Shown: piece by piece, positions 17,651 to 25,953 of the stretch | Layout: every line of letters starts with the position of its first letter | How positions within the stretch are numbered: position 1 is the first letter of the stretch | Virus record (IMG/VR): IMGVR_UViG_3300022181_000052 | Location: 1-37,584 of that record | Direction: 5' to 3' (one strand) | Source: a virus | Taxonomy: Duplodnaviria > Caudoviricetes | DNA: 37,584 nucleotides | Made by a program: the position numbers and the translations under genes | The notes under the pieces: generated by a model | Told to the model about the DNA's origin: nothing | What the model saw: only the letters and a program-made list of their open reading frames with translations | Database searches by the model: none

Positions 17651-18424
17651 CTAGATGTTGTAAGCGATCTCGACGTTGCCGTCGGCGTCGGCCGGGCCCA
17701 TGAACTGGGCGTTGACGGCGACGTTCCCGGCCGGAGCCGTTTCGGTCGAAGAGGTGACGGTGATCGTGAAGGAGTCACCGGCCACGCAAGGGGTCGCCCC
17801 GGCGGTGATGGTGAAGGCGACGCCGCCCGCCGAGAACGCGGAGCCGAACGCCCCGTCGGCGCGCATGAGCAGGCCGTCGGGATCATAGACGCTGTAGACC
17901 GTGGCGGCGGTGCAGACCGCCTTGTAGGCGCCGACCTTGGCCCCATCCTCCACGGACAGTGTCCCGATGGTGGCGTTGCCGGTGTTGGCGTCCGGAGCGC
18001 CCTCGATGGCCAGCGTGGTCTCGGCGGTGCCGGGATCGGCGGCGGCCTCGATGGCCCCCACGACCTTGCCCGCGGAGGCGGCGACGCGCACATACACCGT
18101 GCCGTCCTTGGCGGCGGTGCCGGTGGCCAGCTTGACCGACAGGTAGCCGCTCCGTAGCGCGTCGCGCACGGCTCCGGCGGGAGCCGTGCCCGGTCCGGAC
18201 GAGACGTCCGCGCTCTGGGTGGGGAAGGGGCGGGCCAGGAACCCGTACAGATCAGAGGCGTCGTCGCCCGCTTCCAGGGCCACCAGCTTGCCGCCGGAGA
18301 TCTTCACGGGCGCGCCGTAGGTCAGGGGATTCGCGCCGACGATGCCGGGCTCCAGGACGGAGTCGGCCTTGCGGGTCACCATGCCGGGAATGCCGGAGGG
18401 CATCCGTTCCAGGTAGGCGGTCAT
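17651..18424 (-). CDS. Capsid cement/decoration protein with an inserted beta-rich domain
   Basis: Start MTAYLERMPSGIPG. 'YGFLARPFP', 'LRSGYLSV', 'VYVR', C-terminal 'GPADADGNVEIAYNI'. Confidence 0.75.
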   Translation of the reverse strand: MTAYLERMPSGIPGMVTRKADSVLEPGIVGANPLTYGAPVKISGGKLVALEAGDDASDLYGFLARPFPTQSADVSSGPGTAPAGAVRDALRSGYLSVKLATGTAAKDGTVYVRVAASAGKVVGAIEAAADPGTAETTLAIEGAPDANTGNATIGTLSVEDGAKVGAYKAVCTAATVYSVYDPDGLLMRADGAFGSAFSAGGVAFTITAGATPCVAGDSFTITVTSSTETAPAGNVAVNAQFMGPADADGNVEIAYNI

Positions 18425-18426
18425 GG

Positions 18427-19680
18427 TCAGGCTCCTTTCTTCGCGTGGAAGTCGCGGTTCAACTTGTTGATCTGGGCCGGGGAGACGGGTTTCCCAAAGT
18501 CCCGGACGGTCGTCTTGGTCAGACCGTCTCCGGTCTTGAGGTTGTTCTTGGCCTTGGCGAATTCGCTGGCCGCGACGAACGCCGCGTCGAGGGTCAGGCA
18601 GTCGCAGGAGTCCAGCGCGCTTCCGCGCAGGGCGGCGCGCACGACATCTCCCACGGCCTTGTCCTTGGAAGCGGCGCGCAGGGCCACGCGCATGACGGCG
18701 CAACGGTTGTCGCTGTCGGCGACGCGGATGCCGGGGTAGAGCACGGAGGCGCGGGCCGCGGTGTCCGCGTCCACGGTGCGGGAGTCCCGGACCTTGCGGG
18801 CAGAATCGCCGGTCTTGGCGGGCTGGTCCTTCTTTTCCTCGCCTTCGCCGGAGGTCTCCTCGTCTTCGACCCCGGCCTCCTCATCCTGGGCCTCGGCCTC
18901 TTCGTCCTGGGACCGGGCCGCCATCTGACGGATCTGCACGGCCAGCTCCTGGACCTGGGCCTCCAACCTGGACAGACGATCCGGATCCTCGTCCGTGGCT
19001 GCGGGAGGATCCTTGCGCTCCTCCTCGGGGTCTTCCATGCTGTCCAAAACCTTGCGGGCTTCGGGGCTGCGAAACAGCCTCGCCAGCTTGTCCGCGAACT
19101 TCTCCTTCTTCTTCGGGGTGCTCATGGGGTTGTCCTTATGGTTATCGTTGATGCGGCATCTCGGGCCACAGCGGCCCCGGGTCACCAGGGCCACGTGGTT
19201 GCCCCGGATGTTGGTCTGCCGCCCGCGGCCCGGAGCCTCCTGCTCATAGTCCGCGTCATACCCACAGGAGATTTCCCGCAGGCCCCCGCGCACCAGGTCG
19301 ATGGCCTTCTGGTCGGTGATGAGCAGGTCGGCCAGCAGCAGGTCGGATTGGACTCCCTCCCCGCGACGCACGTTCTGGGCGTGGCCCACGGCCACACCCC
19401 GCCACGTCAAGGGGGTCACGTCCCCATCCGGGTGATCCACGGCCACCGGCTTACCTTCGAAGGAGGCCACGGCCTCGGGTGCGAACACCTCGCTCTCGTC
19501 GCGCCGGATCAGGACGCGGTCGGCCCCCGCCACGCCTTCAACGGGAGTTTCGCCCGGGGCGTATTCCAGCACTCCGGCGCGGGCGATGGGCACATCCCGG
19601 CAGAGCAGGAAGCCCTCCGGGGTCTCGGCCATGTGCTCCGAAAGCCATTCAGTGGTGTGGTAGCGGATCGGTGTCGGCAT
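18427..19680 (-). CDS. Prohead protease/scaffold (DUF2213-like)
   Basis: 'TPEGFLLCRDVPIAR', 'SFEGKPV..DHP', 'REISCGYDADY', 'GNHVALV..GRCG'; acidic scaffold-like C-terminal half. Confidence 0.9.
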   Translation of the reverse strand: MPTPIRYHTTEWLSEHMAETPEGFLLCRDVPIARAGVLEYAPGETPVEGVAGADRVLIRRDESEVFAPEAVASFEGKPVAVDHPDGDVTPLTWRGVAVGHAQNVRRGEGVQSDLLLADLLITDQKAIDLVRGGLREISCGYDADYEQEAPGRGRQTNIRGNHVALVTRGRCGPRCRINDNHKDNPMSTPKKKEKFADKLARLFRSPEARKVLDSMEDPEEERKDPPAATDEDPDRLSRLEAQVQELAVQIRQMAARSQDEEAEAQDEEAGVEDEETSGEGEEKKDQPAKTGDSARKVRDSRTVDADTAARASVLYPGIRVADSDNRCAVMRVALRAASKDKAVGDVVRAALRGSALDSCDCLTLDAAFVAASEFAKAKNNLKTGDGLTKTTVRDFGKPVSPAQINKLNRDFHAKKGA

Positions 19681-19686
19681 GAGTCC

Positions 19687-19730
19687 TGGATACAGGACTG
19701 ATGCGGAGCAGGCTTTTAACGGCGGTTAAT
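19687..19730 (-). promoter_or_regulatory. Putative Mor/C-activated late promoter upstream of the head operon
   Basis: Minus strand TAAC-CGCC-GTTAAA-N22-TATCCA. Same architecture as the site at 27093-27134. Confidence 0.6.
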
Positions 19731-19735
19731 AAGTG

Positions 19736-19757
19736 GCCCGCCCCTTTCGAGGCGGGC
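19736..19757. terminator. Hairpin, possible terminator after the MuF/DUF4926 genes
   Basis: GCCCGCC-CCTTTCGA-GGCGGGC inverted repeat in an intergenic region. Confidence 0.45.
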
Positions 19758-19884
19758 TGGGAGCTTGTGGGGATGTCGGGCGGAGATGCGTTCCGAAACG
19801 TTTCTAAAGGGGCTCAGGCGCGTCGGGCGGGGTGCTCGGCTGGAACGGGACGCGTCCACATCCCCCGCCGCATCCTGGGCGAGA

Positions 19885-20130
19885 TCAGGCCGGAGCGACC
19901 TGGTCCCGCGTCAGGGTGGCGATGCAGGTCGAGCCGTAGTCCAGGATCTCGCCGTCGGAGCTGACGCGCGGCGGGCGGATCACGAACTCCACCTCGAAGG
20001 CGTCCGAAAGCAGGGCGGTGATGGTCCCGACCGCGCCGGACGGCAGGGCGTGTCGGCCCCCTCCGTAGTTGTCCGTGACCGACCGTGACGCCCGAAGAGT
20101 CACCTGATCTAATTCGCGATACCCGATCAT
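19885..20130 (-). CDS. DUF4926-like protein (candidate immunity/antitoxin)
   Basis: 'ELDQVTL...LPSGAVGTI...AFEVEF' motif. Starts 1 nt after the MuF stop. Confidence 0.7.
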   Translation of the reverse strand: MIGYRELDQVTLRASRSVTDNYGGGRHALPSGAVGTITALLSDAFEVEFVIRPPRVSSDGEILDYGSTCIATLTRDQVAPA

Positions 20131-20131
20131 G

Positions 20132-21355
20132 TCATCTCCTGATGAAGCAGGTGGTCAGACGGGGGGAGGTCGACAACACCCTCCAGGTCGTATCCTTCTC
20201 GTATATCCAGCCGCAGGTCACGTCAACGGTCCGGCCGTTCGGGCCGGTCACCGGAACCCTGACCGTGAACCTCTCGCCGTGTCGATCCACGGAACCGCGC
20301 GCGGCGGGTGAATCCGCCAGGTGTTCCATGATCTGCCGCTCGATCATCGCTGCGTGGCGACGATCCGCGCCCAACGCCGCCTTCCAAACGCGGGCCTTGT
20401 CCCCGCCTACCGGGTGGTCCGGATTCAAGGCGTACCGGGTGAGCTTGTCCCGATCAAACGCGGCCCGCTCCGCATTGGGCAGGGGCTCTCCGTCCACGTG
20501 CGGGACCACCTGGCTGGTCTCCTGGCGCTCCCACCGGCTGCGCAGGACGTGCTCACCTGTGGCGCGTTCCTCCTCGGCCGTGGGCAGGGGCGGGGCGGAT
20601 GCCTTGCCCGCCGATTCATGCACCACCGGCTCGGGGTAGCAGCGGCAGTTCGGGAACTCTCCGGCGTGGCCGGTCATGCCGTCCAAAGTCGGCGGGGAGT
20701 CCCAGCGCACGAATCGACCTTCCATCGCCCGGTGACTGGGCCGGGTCTGGCCGTCGCGGGCCGTGCGCCAGATATATCCCTCGCTGCCCACGGCCTCGGC
20801 CCGGGAGCGGGTCAGCGCGGTCCCGGCCTTGCTCACCTCGGTCAAGGCGATGACCTTGGCGCGGGAGCGGGCCACATCCCCCACGGCCATGACCTTGTCC
20901 ATGAGCTGGTCCACACGCTGACCGTACAACAGCGTCTCGTGCGCCAGCTCGGCCACCCGTTCGGCGGCCTGGGAGGGGATGGATTGGATGAGTTTGACGT
21001 TCTCATCGATCCTGGCCTGCACGGCCCGGGAAACGTCGGCGGCCAGCAGGCCGCGCAGGTCGATGCCCCAGCGCGCGGCCGCCTCGCGCCAGGCCCCCTC
21101 GTTCCTGGCCGTCACTTTGCGGACCATGTTGGCGGCGGCCTGGCGGGCCCAGGGCTCCACGGCCTCCGCATACTCCTTGAGGCGGCGCTGGGCCGTGGCG
21201 GAATCCGGGCTTTTGGCCAGCACCTCCGCGACCCGTCCGGCGACGCCGCGCAGCTGCTTGGCGTATGTCCTCTCGGCGGCCTTGGAGGGGGAGAACCCCT
21301 TCCCCGGCTTGGCTTGGCTCACGTCCTTCCAGGACCAGGGCCGGGCCCAGGTCAT
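20132..21355 (-). CDS. MuF-family minor head protein with a C-terminal DUF6883-like extension
   Basis: MuF motifs 'RAKVIALTE', 'YIWRTARDGQTRPSH', 'GEFPNCRC'. C-terminal 'LPNAERA...KLTRYALNPDHPVGGDKARV...GPNGR...WI...PRLTT'. Confidence 0.85.
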   Translation of the reverse strand: MTWARPWSWKDVSQAKPGKGFSPSKAAERTYAKQLRGVAGRVAEVLAKSPDSATAQRRLKEYAEAVEPWARQAAANMVRKVTARNEGAWREAAARWGIDLRGLLAADVSRAVQARIDENVKLIQSIPSQAAERVAELAHETLLYGQRVDQLMDKVMAVGDVARSRAKVIALTEVSKAGTALTRSRAEAVGSEGYIWRTARDGQTRPSHRAMEGRFVRWDSPPTLDGMTGHAGEFPNCRCYPEPVVHESAGKASAPPLPTAEEERATGEHVLRSRWERQETSQVVPHVDGEPLPNAERAAFDRDKLTRYALNPDHPVGGDKARVWKAALGADRRHAAMIERQIMEHLADSPAARGSVDRHGERFTVRVPVTGPNGRTVDVTCGWIYEKDTTWRVLSTSPRLTTCFIRR

Positions 21356-22734
21356 TGGGGATCTCCAGTCCGTGTCATGTCGGGCGGCAGCTCGGGCGCG
21401 GCCGTGCGCGCCTCTGCCTCCTCGATGTCCTCGTCCGTTATGCCCGTGAACCGTCCAGTCACCCGTCCGGCGTCCCGCAGCTCGGCCAGGGACTGGGACT
21501 CGGTGATGATACCCGCGCTGTAGAGCCCGGCGACGCTCTGGGCGTCGGCCGTGGCGATCTGGCTCCGCTCCAGTTCGCTGGGCTGCCAGAGCGACCGGAA
21601 CTCGAACGTCGTGCCTTCGGGCAGCGCCTTGCCCCAGAGACTCCTGGCCATCACGGGCAGGAGCCTCTCGTAGGCTGGGCGCAGATCATCCTCCTGCTGG
21701 GTGGAGATGGTGTCGTAGTAAGTGCGAAGATCGCTTTCGCCGGTGCTGAACCCCTTGGGGCTCTGCCCCAGGAGGCGCACCAACGGCACGCCCGTGGCCC
21801 CGGCGATCTGCTCGGCGAACGCCTGGAGCGCGTCGTATATCCCGGAGAATGTCCAGTTGATGGCCCCGAAATCGTCATTCTTGTCCAGCAGGGTGATGCC
21901 CTCGTTGGACTGCATGCGCCGGATCATCTCGAACATCCGGGTCAGGGCCTGTTCCGCCGGACCACCGGCCGCGAGGATCTGCCGCAGCCCTTCCACCTTG
22001 ATGAAACGCAGGAAGCTTTTGAAGATCAGGTTCGCGCTGCCGTGGGTCGCGCTGTCCAGCGCCAGGATGCGGTCGTAGGCCCGCTCCACCACGGACGCCC
22101 CCCAATGGTTTTCGGTCAGGCGCACCTCGTAGGGCAGCTCCACGCCGACGAACCGGATCACGCGGCTGTGGTGCAGGCGCAACCCGGCGCGCTGCTGCTC
22201 GGTATGCACGGAATAGTATTCGGGGTACCCCATCATCGGGCCCAGGTCCGTGATGCGCTCATGGGACGGGTCGACCTGGTGGCGATCCAGGACGTGCAGG
22301 CCCCGGAAGCTGTCCTTGCTCACCCGGCCGACGTCCAGGGGCTCGGCGGGGTTCTCGCCGTCCAGGAGGATGAGAGCCAGCGATCCGCCGTACAGGCGGG
22401 ACCACTTGACCGCGTCGGTCAAGCGGCTCTGCACCCCCATGCGGCGCATGTAACGCAGGAACTGGTCGACTTCCCCGGGATCTAGCTGCGCCTGGATGTC
22501 GATCCCGCCTCGCAGCATGTCCTCGGCCACCACGTCCACCATACGGCCCACAACCCAGGACGTGCGGTACATCTCCTCCAGCGCCTGGCGTTGGCGGGTG
22601 ATGCCGCCCGATGGCTGGTATCTCCCGGCGGCCAAGGTGTTGTCCCCGCCCAGCCCCAACCGAGCCGTGAAGTTCATGAAGCCATCGGTGGTGGCCCGCT
22701 TGCCGCCGTGCCGGTGATCCCTGCGTCTACCCAT
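21352..22734 (-). CDS. Portal protein (DUF1073-like)
   Basis: Start MGRRR (22734). 'MYRTSW...VDVVAEDM', 'WSRLYGG', 'IAGATGVPLVRLLGQSPKGFSTGESDLRTYYD'. Confidence 0.88.
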   Translation of the reverse strand: MGRRRDHRHGGKRATTDGFMNFTARLGLGGDNTLAAGRYQPSGGITRQRQALEEMYRTSWVVGRMVDVVAEDMLRGGIDIQAQLDPGEVDQFLRYMRRMGVQSRLTDAVKWSRLYGGSLALILLDGENPAEPLDVGRVSKDSFRGLHVLDRHQVDPSHERITDLGPMMGYPEYYSVHTEQQRAGLRLHHSRVIRFVGVELPYEVRLTENHWGASVVERAYDRILALDSATHGSANLIFKSFLRFIKVEGLRQILAAGGPAEQALTRMFEMIRRMQSNEGITLLDKNDDFGAINWTFSGIYDALQAFAEQIAGATGVPLVRLLGQSPKGFSTGESDLRTYYDTISTQQEDDLRPAYERLLPVMARSLWGKALPEGTTFEFRSLWQPSELERSQIATADAQSVAGLYSAGIITESQSLAELRDAGRVTGRFTGITDEDIEEAEARTAAPELPPDMTRTGDPQ

Positions 22735-24088
22735 TGGCCAGAGCCTCCCAGGTTCGTAAATCGTTGCCGCTGCCGGCCGCGTGAATCGCCAGGGCCAGAG
22801 CCCAAAACCGGTCCGCGTGGCCGTCCTGGGTTCGCTCGGCCGTAAACCGGATGTTGCCTGCCGCAGTGGTCTGCTTGGTGACCGAGCGCAGATCGGCGCG
22901 GATCTCTGGATCATAGGGAATGCGCACCTTGCGATCCTCCATCGCCCCGCGCACGGGGTAGGCCAGGGCCTCCTTGACGCGCGACGTGAAGGTCACCAGC
23001 TCGATCCGGTACGTGCCGAAACGCTCCACGGCGTCGTCTCCCCATCCGATGCCCAGACCGGTGTAGTCCAGGCAGACCCGCTCGGCCCTCTCGAACCAGG
23101 GCCACAGCACCTTCTCCTGTTGCCCTTTGGACATATCCCGCAAAGGCTCGACATGCCGCGTGTAGAGCACATCCCCCAAACGTTCCACGATCCAGAGCAC
23201 GGTCAGGTCGTTTTTGCGCCCGATGTCCACGCCCATATACAGCGGGCCGTTCTCACGCTTGGACCAATCGGCATCGCGGGCGTATTCGCAGGAGGCGATC
23301 AGATCATATTCCAGGAAGGCGGCGTCATCGTCCGCCGGGCGGCACATGTACTCCTGAAGGAACGACTCCTCATCCGCGCATCCGGCTTTTACGAAGTCGA
23401 AGTACTGCGCCTCATCCATACCCTGCCGGGGGTCGGTGGCGGGCAGCGATTGCTGGAGTTTGTACAAAAACCCCTGGTCCAGGGCATCCTGAAGCGTGGT
23501 GCGGTGCAGGCTGATTTTTTTGGGGTTGCCGCCTTCCTCGATTTCCCGGATCAGTTGGTTGAAGAAATTATGGCTGCCCCGGTGCGTGGAGATGATCTCC
23601 ATGCTGCCCCCCCAAGTCAGGCCGGGATAGGCGATGGACCAGAGCTTGCGCGGATCAGGATGGAGCGCGAATTCGTCGAGCAGGCGCGGTCCACGCTTGC
23701 CTGCCTGGGCATCGGGGTTTGAACTCATGGAATAGATGCGCCGCCCGTTGGCGAACTGGAGGACATAGGACTTGATGTCCTTGTCCGGCTCCAGCAGCAT
23801 CTCGCCCATGTCTTGAGCGGCCACATTCAACACGCGCGCCCACCTGGCGCAATCTTCCAGGAACAGTCTCGACTGAATGGCGTCACGTGAGCTGACCCAT
23901 TGGTCCAGCCGCGCATCCTGTGCGCCGGTCCGTTCGTCAGCGGCGTAGCTGGCTGTCCAGCTGGCTCCGATCTGGCGGCTTTTTACCCAAAGCTTCAGCA
24001 GGCTGTCGTCCCCCACCCACAACGACTGAAACAACATAAAGAGAGCATCGGGGTTGGCCGGAAGTATTTTTGCGTTCCCGCGGATCAT
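22727..24088 (-). CDS. terL: Terminase large subunit (Mu gp28-like)
   Basis: Walker A-like 'KSRQIGASW', Walker B 'LLDEFA', 'ISTHRG', 'QEYMC', nuclease 'GVDIGR', 'DYTGLG', 'GHADRFWALALA'. Confidence 0.92.
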   Translation of the reverse strand: MIRGNAKILPANPDALFMLFQSLWVGDDSLLKLWVKSRQIGASWTASYAADERTGAQDARLDQWVSSRDAIQSRLFLEDCARWARVLNVAAQDMGEMLLEPDKDIKSYVLQFANGRRIYSMSSNPDAQAGKRGPRLLDEFALHPDPRKLWSIAYPGLTWGGSMEIISTHRGSHNFFNQLIREIEEGGNPKKISLHRTTLQDALDQGFLYKLQQSLPATDPRQGMDEAQYFDFVKAGCADEESFLQEYMCRPADDDAAFLEYDLIASCEYARDADWSKRENGPLYMGVDIGRKNDLTVLWIVERLGDVLYTRHVEPLRDMSKGQQEKVLWPWFERAERVCLDYTGLGIGWGDDAVERFGTYRIELVTFTSRVKEALAYPVRGAMEDRKVRIPYDPEIRADLRSVTKQTTAAGNIRFTAERTQDGHADRFWALALAIHAAGSGNDLRTWEALANG

Positions 24089-24645
24089 GCCGGAACCCCG
24101 AGTTCGGCGCGGATGGCGGCCCTGGCCTGGGCTGACAGACCCTGCTTTTTCGCCACAGAGTCAACGGCCTGGGCGGCCTCCTTGCGGGCCTGGGCGCGGA
24201 ATTTCTCCAGCACGTCCGCGTCGGCCTTGCGCGCCCGGGACAGGTGGTCCAGGGCCTTGCCCAGCCACATGGCCTGCTGGGCGTCGAGAACCATGCCATG
24301 CCCGGGGTCCGCCTCGTCCCCCTCCTTCTCGGTATCACTGATACGCATGAGCATGTCCGAGACTATGCCGTGCATCATCTCGATGTTGGCGCGCATGGCC
24401 TTGCCCTCGGGCTCCTGGCCATACTCGCGCACGAGCATCTCCGCGATTTCGCGGCTGCGGCGCACGCGCTCCATGACCTTGTCGAAGCTCTTGCTGTAGC
24501 GGCCCAGGGCCGAGCGTGAGATGTCCGCGCCCAACTCCCCCAGCTTGGCCAGGATCTCGTCCAGGGTCCGGCCGTCGGTGAGCAGGCGGTGGATCTCCTC
24601 TCGGATCTCCGGGGGCAGGCGTTTGACCGTGGACTTGCGGGGCAT
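24085..24645 (-). CDS. Terminase small subunit (Mu gp27 / DUF3486-like)
   Basis: Start 'MPRKSTVKRLPPEIR'; 'ISRSALGRY'; directly upstream of terL. Confidence 0.85.
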   Translation of the reverse strand: MPRKSTVKRLPPEIREEIHRLLTDGRTLDEILAKLGELGADISRSALGRYSKSFDKVMERVRRSREIAEMLVREYGQEPEGKAMRANIEMMHGIVSDMLMRISDTEKEGDEADPGHGMVLDAQQAMWLGKALDHLSRARKADADVLEKFRAQARKEAAQAVDSVAKKQGLSAQARAAIRAELGVPA

Positions 24646-24647
24646 GG

Positions 24648-24944
24648 CTACACCCCCGGAATCGGGCGTTTGACGCCCGGGACCAGGGCCCGCCCGGCGG
24701 CCACGTCGTCCCCGCGCGGGGTGAGGTGGACCACGCGGACTTTGCCCAGATCCTCCACCGTGACCAGACCCTGCTCGGCCAGCCAAGCCGCGTCGGTCTC
24801 CACCTGGGCACCGGAGCAGGCGTGCCCTACGGCCTGGAGCGCGGTGTGCAACACATAGGTGTTGGCGGACGCGGCCGGGGCCTCGGCCAGCAGCCGCAGG
24901 AGGCAAAGGCGGCGGTCCTCGGCCAAGAGAGTCGCGAAGCTCAT
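24648..24944 (-). CDS. Mu gp26-like winged-helix protein
   Basis: 'EDRRLCLLRLL', 'WLAEQGLV', 'LTPRGDDVAAGRALVPGVKRP'. Confidence 0.85.
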   Translation of the reverse strand: MSFATLLAEDRRLCLLRLLAEAPAASANTYVLHTALQAVGHACSGAQVETDAAWLAEQGLVTVEDLGKVRVVHLTPRGDDVAAGRALVPGVKRPIPGV

Positions 24945-25306
24945 TTGCGTTCCCTCACGTGGTGTTCCATCAGCAAGTCGAGCGGTCGCTCGATGCGCGT
25001 CAGAATCTTGGACAGGCCGTCCATCGTCGCTGCCAGGGCCTTCAGCTCGCCCTCGATGGCGGCCGTGCGGTCCTTGATGTAGCCGACGTCCGAGGCCGTG
25101 GGCATGGCGGCCTGCTTGGCCTCCATCTGGGCCATGCGGGCGTCGGCCTTGCCCGCGCGATCATCGGACTCCCTGCAGCGGCCTTCGCAATCCTTGTGGC
25201 TGACGAACTGCTTACGCAGGCTCCACAGCCCCCAGGTCAGAACACCCTGGAAGATGAGCACGAGCAGGGACGCGACGTTGAGAATTTTGTCCCAGGCGAA
25301 ATCCAC
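24941..25306 (-). CDS. Mu gp25 / DUF2730-like membrane-anchored coiled-coil protein
   Basis: N-terminal TM helix, coiled coil, 'MPT..DV', 'LDLLMEH'. Lies between the spanins and gp26. Confidence 0.75.
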   Translation of the reverse strand: MDFAWDKILNVASLLVLIFQGVLTWGLWSLRKQFVSHKDCEGRCRESDDRAGKADARMAQMEAKQAAMPTASDVGYIKDRTAAIEGELKALAATMDGLSKILTRIERPLDLLMEHHVRERK

Positions 25307-25308
25307 GA

Positions 25309-25953
25309 CTACCTCTCGGTGGTTTGGGTGCGCGGCAGGCCGTCGGCCCAGGCGATGAGCGCCAGGTAGCGGGTCCGCAGCTCGGCCATGTAGCGGCCCA
25401 CGTCGCGGGCGTGGGCCAGGATGTCGGCCGGGGTCACTCCCCGGCCTGCTCGAAGTACCCCGGGCTCAACGGCTCCGGCGTGGGCGGCACCGCCGTCAGG
25501 GCCGGAGGCGGCCCGGGGCAGACAGTGACCGTCGCCGATACCGAGGGCCGCGTTGTAGAGGCACAGCCAATCAGGGCCCAGGAACACAACGCCATCAGCA
25601 AAAGCAACGTCACGAGCCGCATCGGCGATCCTCCGTTTGGTGATCTCGCGGCGCTGGGCCGCGACGGTTTGCAGGGCCCGGCCCAGGTCCGCCTCCGCCT
25701 GGTCCCGGCGCACGATCTCCGCGTCCAGGACGCGGCGCGCGGCATCTGCTGCCAGGGCTTCAGCGTCGGCGACCTGGGCCCGGTACTCGGCCAGCTCCGC
25801 CCGGCCTCGGGTCTCGGCCACGTCGTAGCCCCAGGCGTACCCGCGCCAGGTGGCGGCCCCCAGGGCCAGGAGCGCCGCCAGGGCGATGGCCAGCCAGGTG
25901 GCCGGAGAGGCCGAGGAAAAGACGGTCTTGATGCCGGTGCCCAGCAGGCTCAT
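25309..25953 (-). CDS. Inner-membrane spanin (Rz-like)
   Basis: Start MSLLG (25953) overlapping the endolysin stop. N-terminal TM followed by Ala/Arg-rich helices. Confidence 0.7.
   Translation of the reverse strand: MSLLGTGIKTVFSSASPATWLAIALAALLALGAATWRGYAWGYDVAETRGRAELAEYRAQVADAEALAADAARRVLDAEIVRRDQAEADLGRALQTVAAQRREITKRRIADAARDVAFADGVVFLGPDWLCLYNAALGIGDGHCLPRAASGPDGGAAHAGAVEPGVLRAGRGVTPADILAHARDVGRYMAELRTRYLALIAWADGLPRTQTTER
25434..25622 (-). CDS. Outer-membrane spanin lipoprotein (Rz1-like), fully embedded in Rz
   Basis: 62 aa, MRLVTLLLLMALCSWALIGC (signal plus lipobox LIG-C) followed by Pro-rich CPGPPPAL..PPTPEP, in an alternative frame of the Rz-like gene. Confidence 0.8.
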   Translation of the reverse strand: MRLVTLLLLMALCSWALIGCASTTRPSVSATVTVCPGPPPALTAVPPTPEPLSPGYFEQAGE

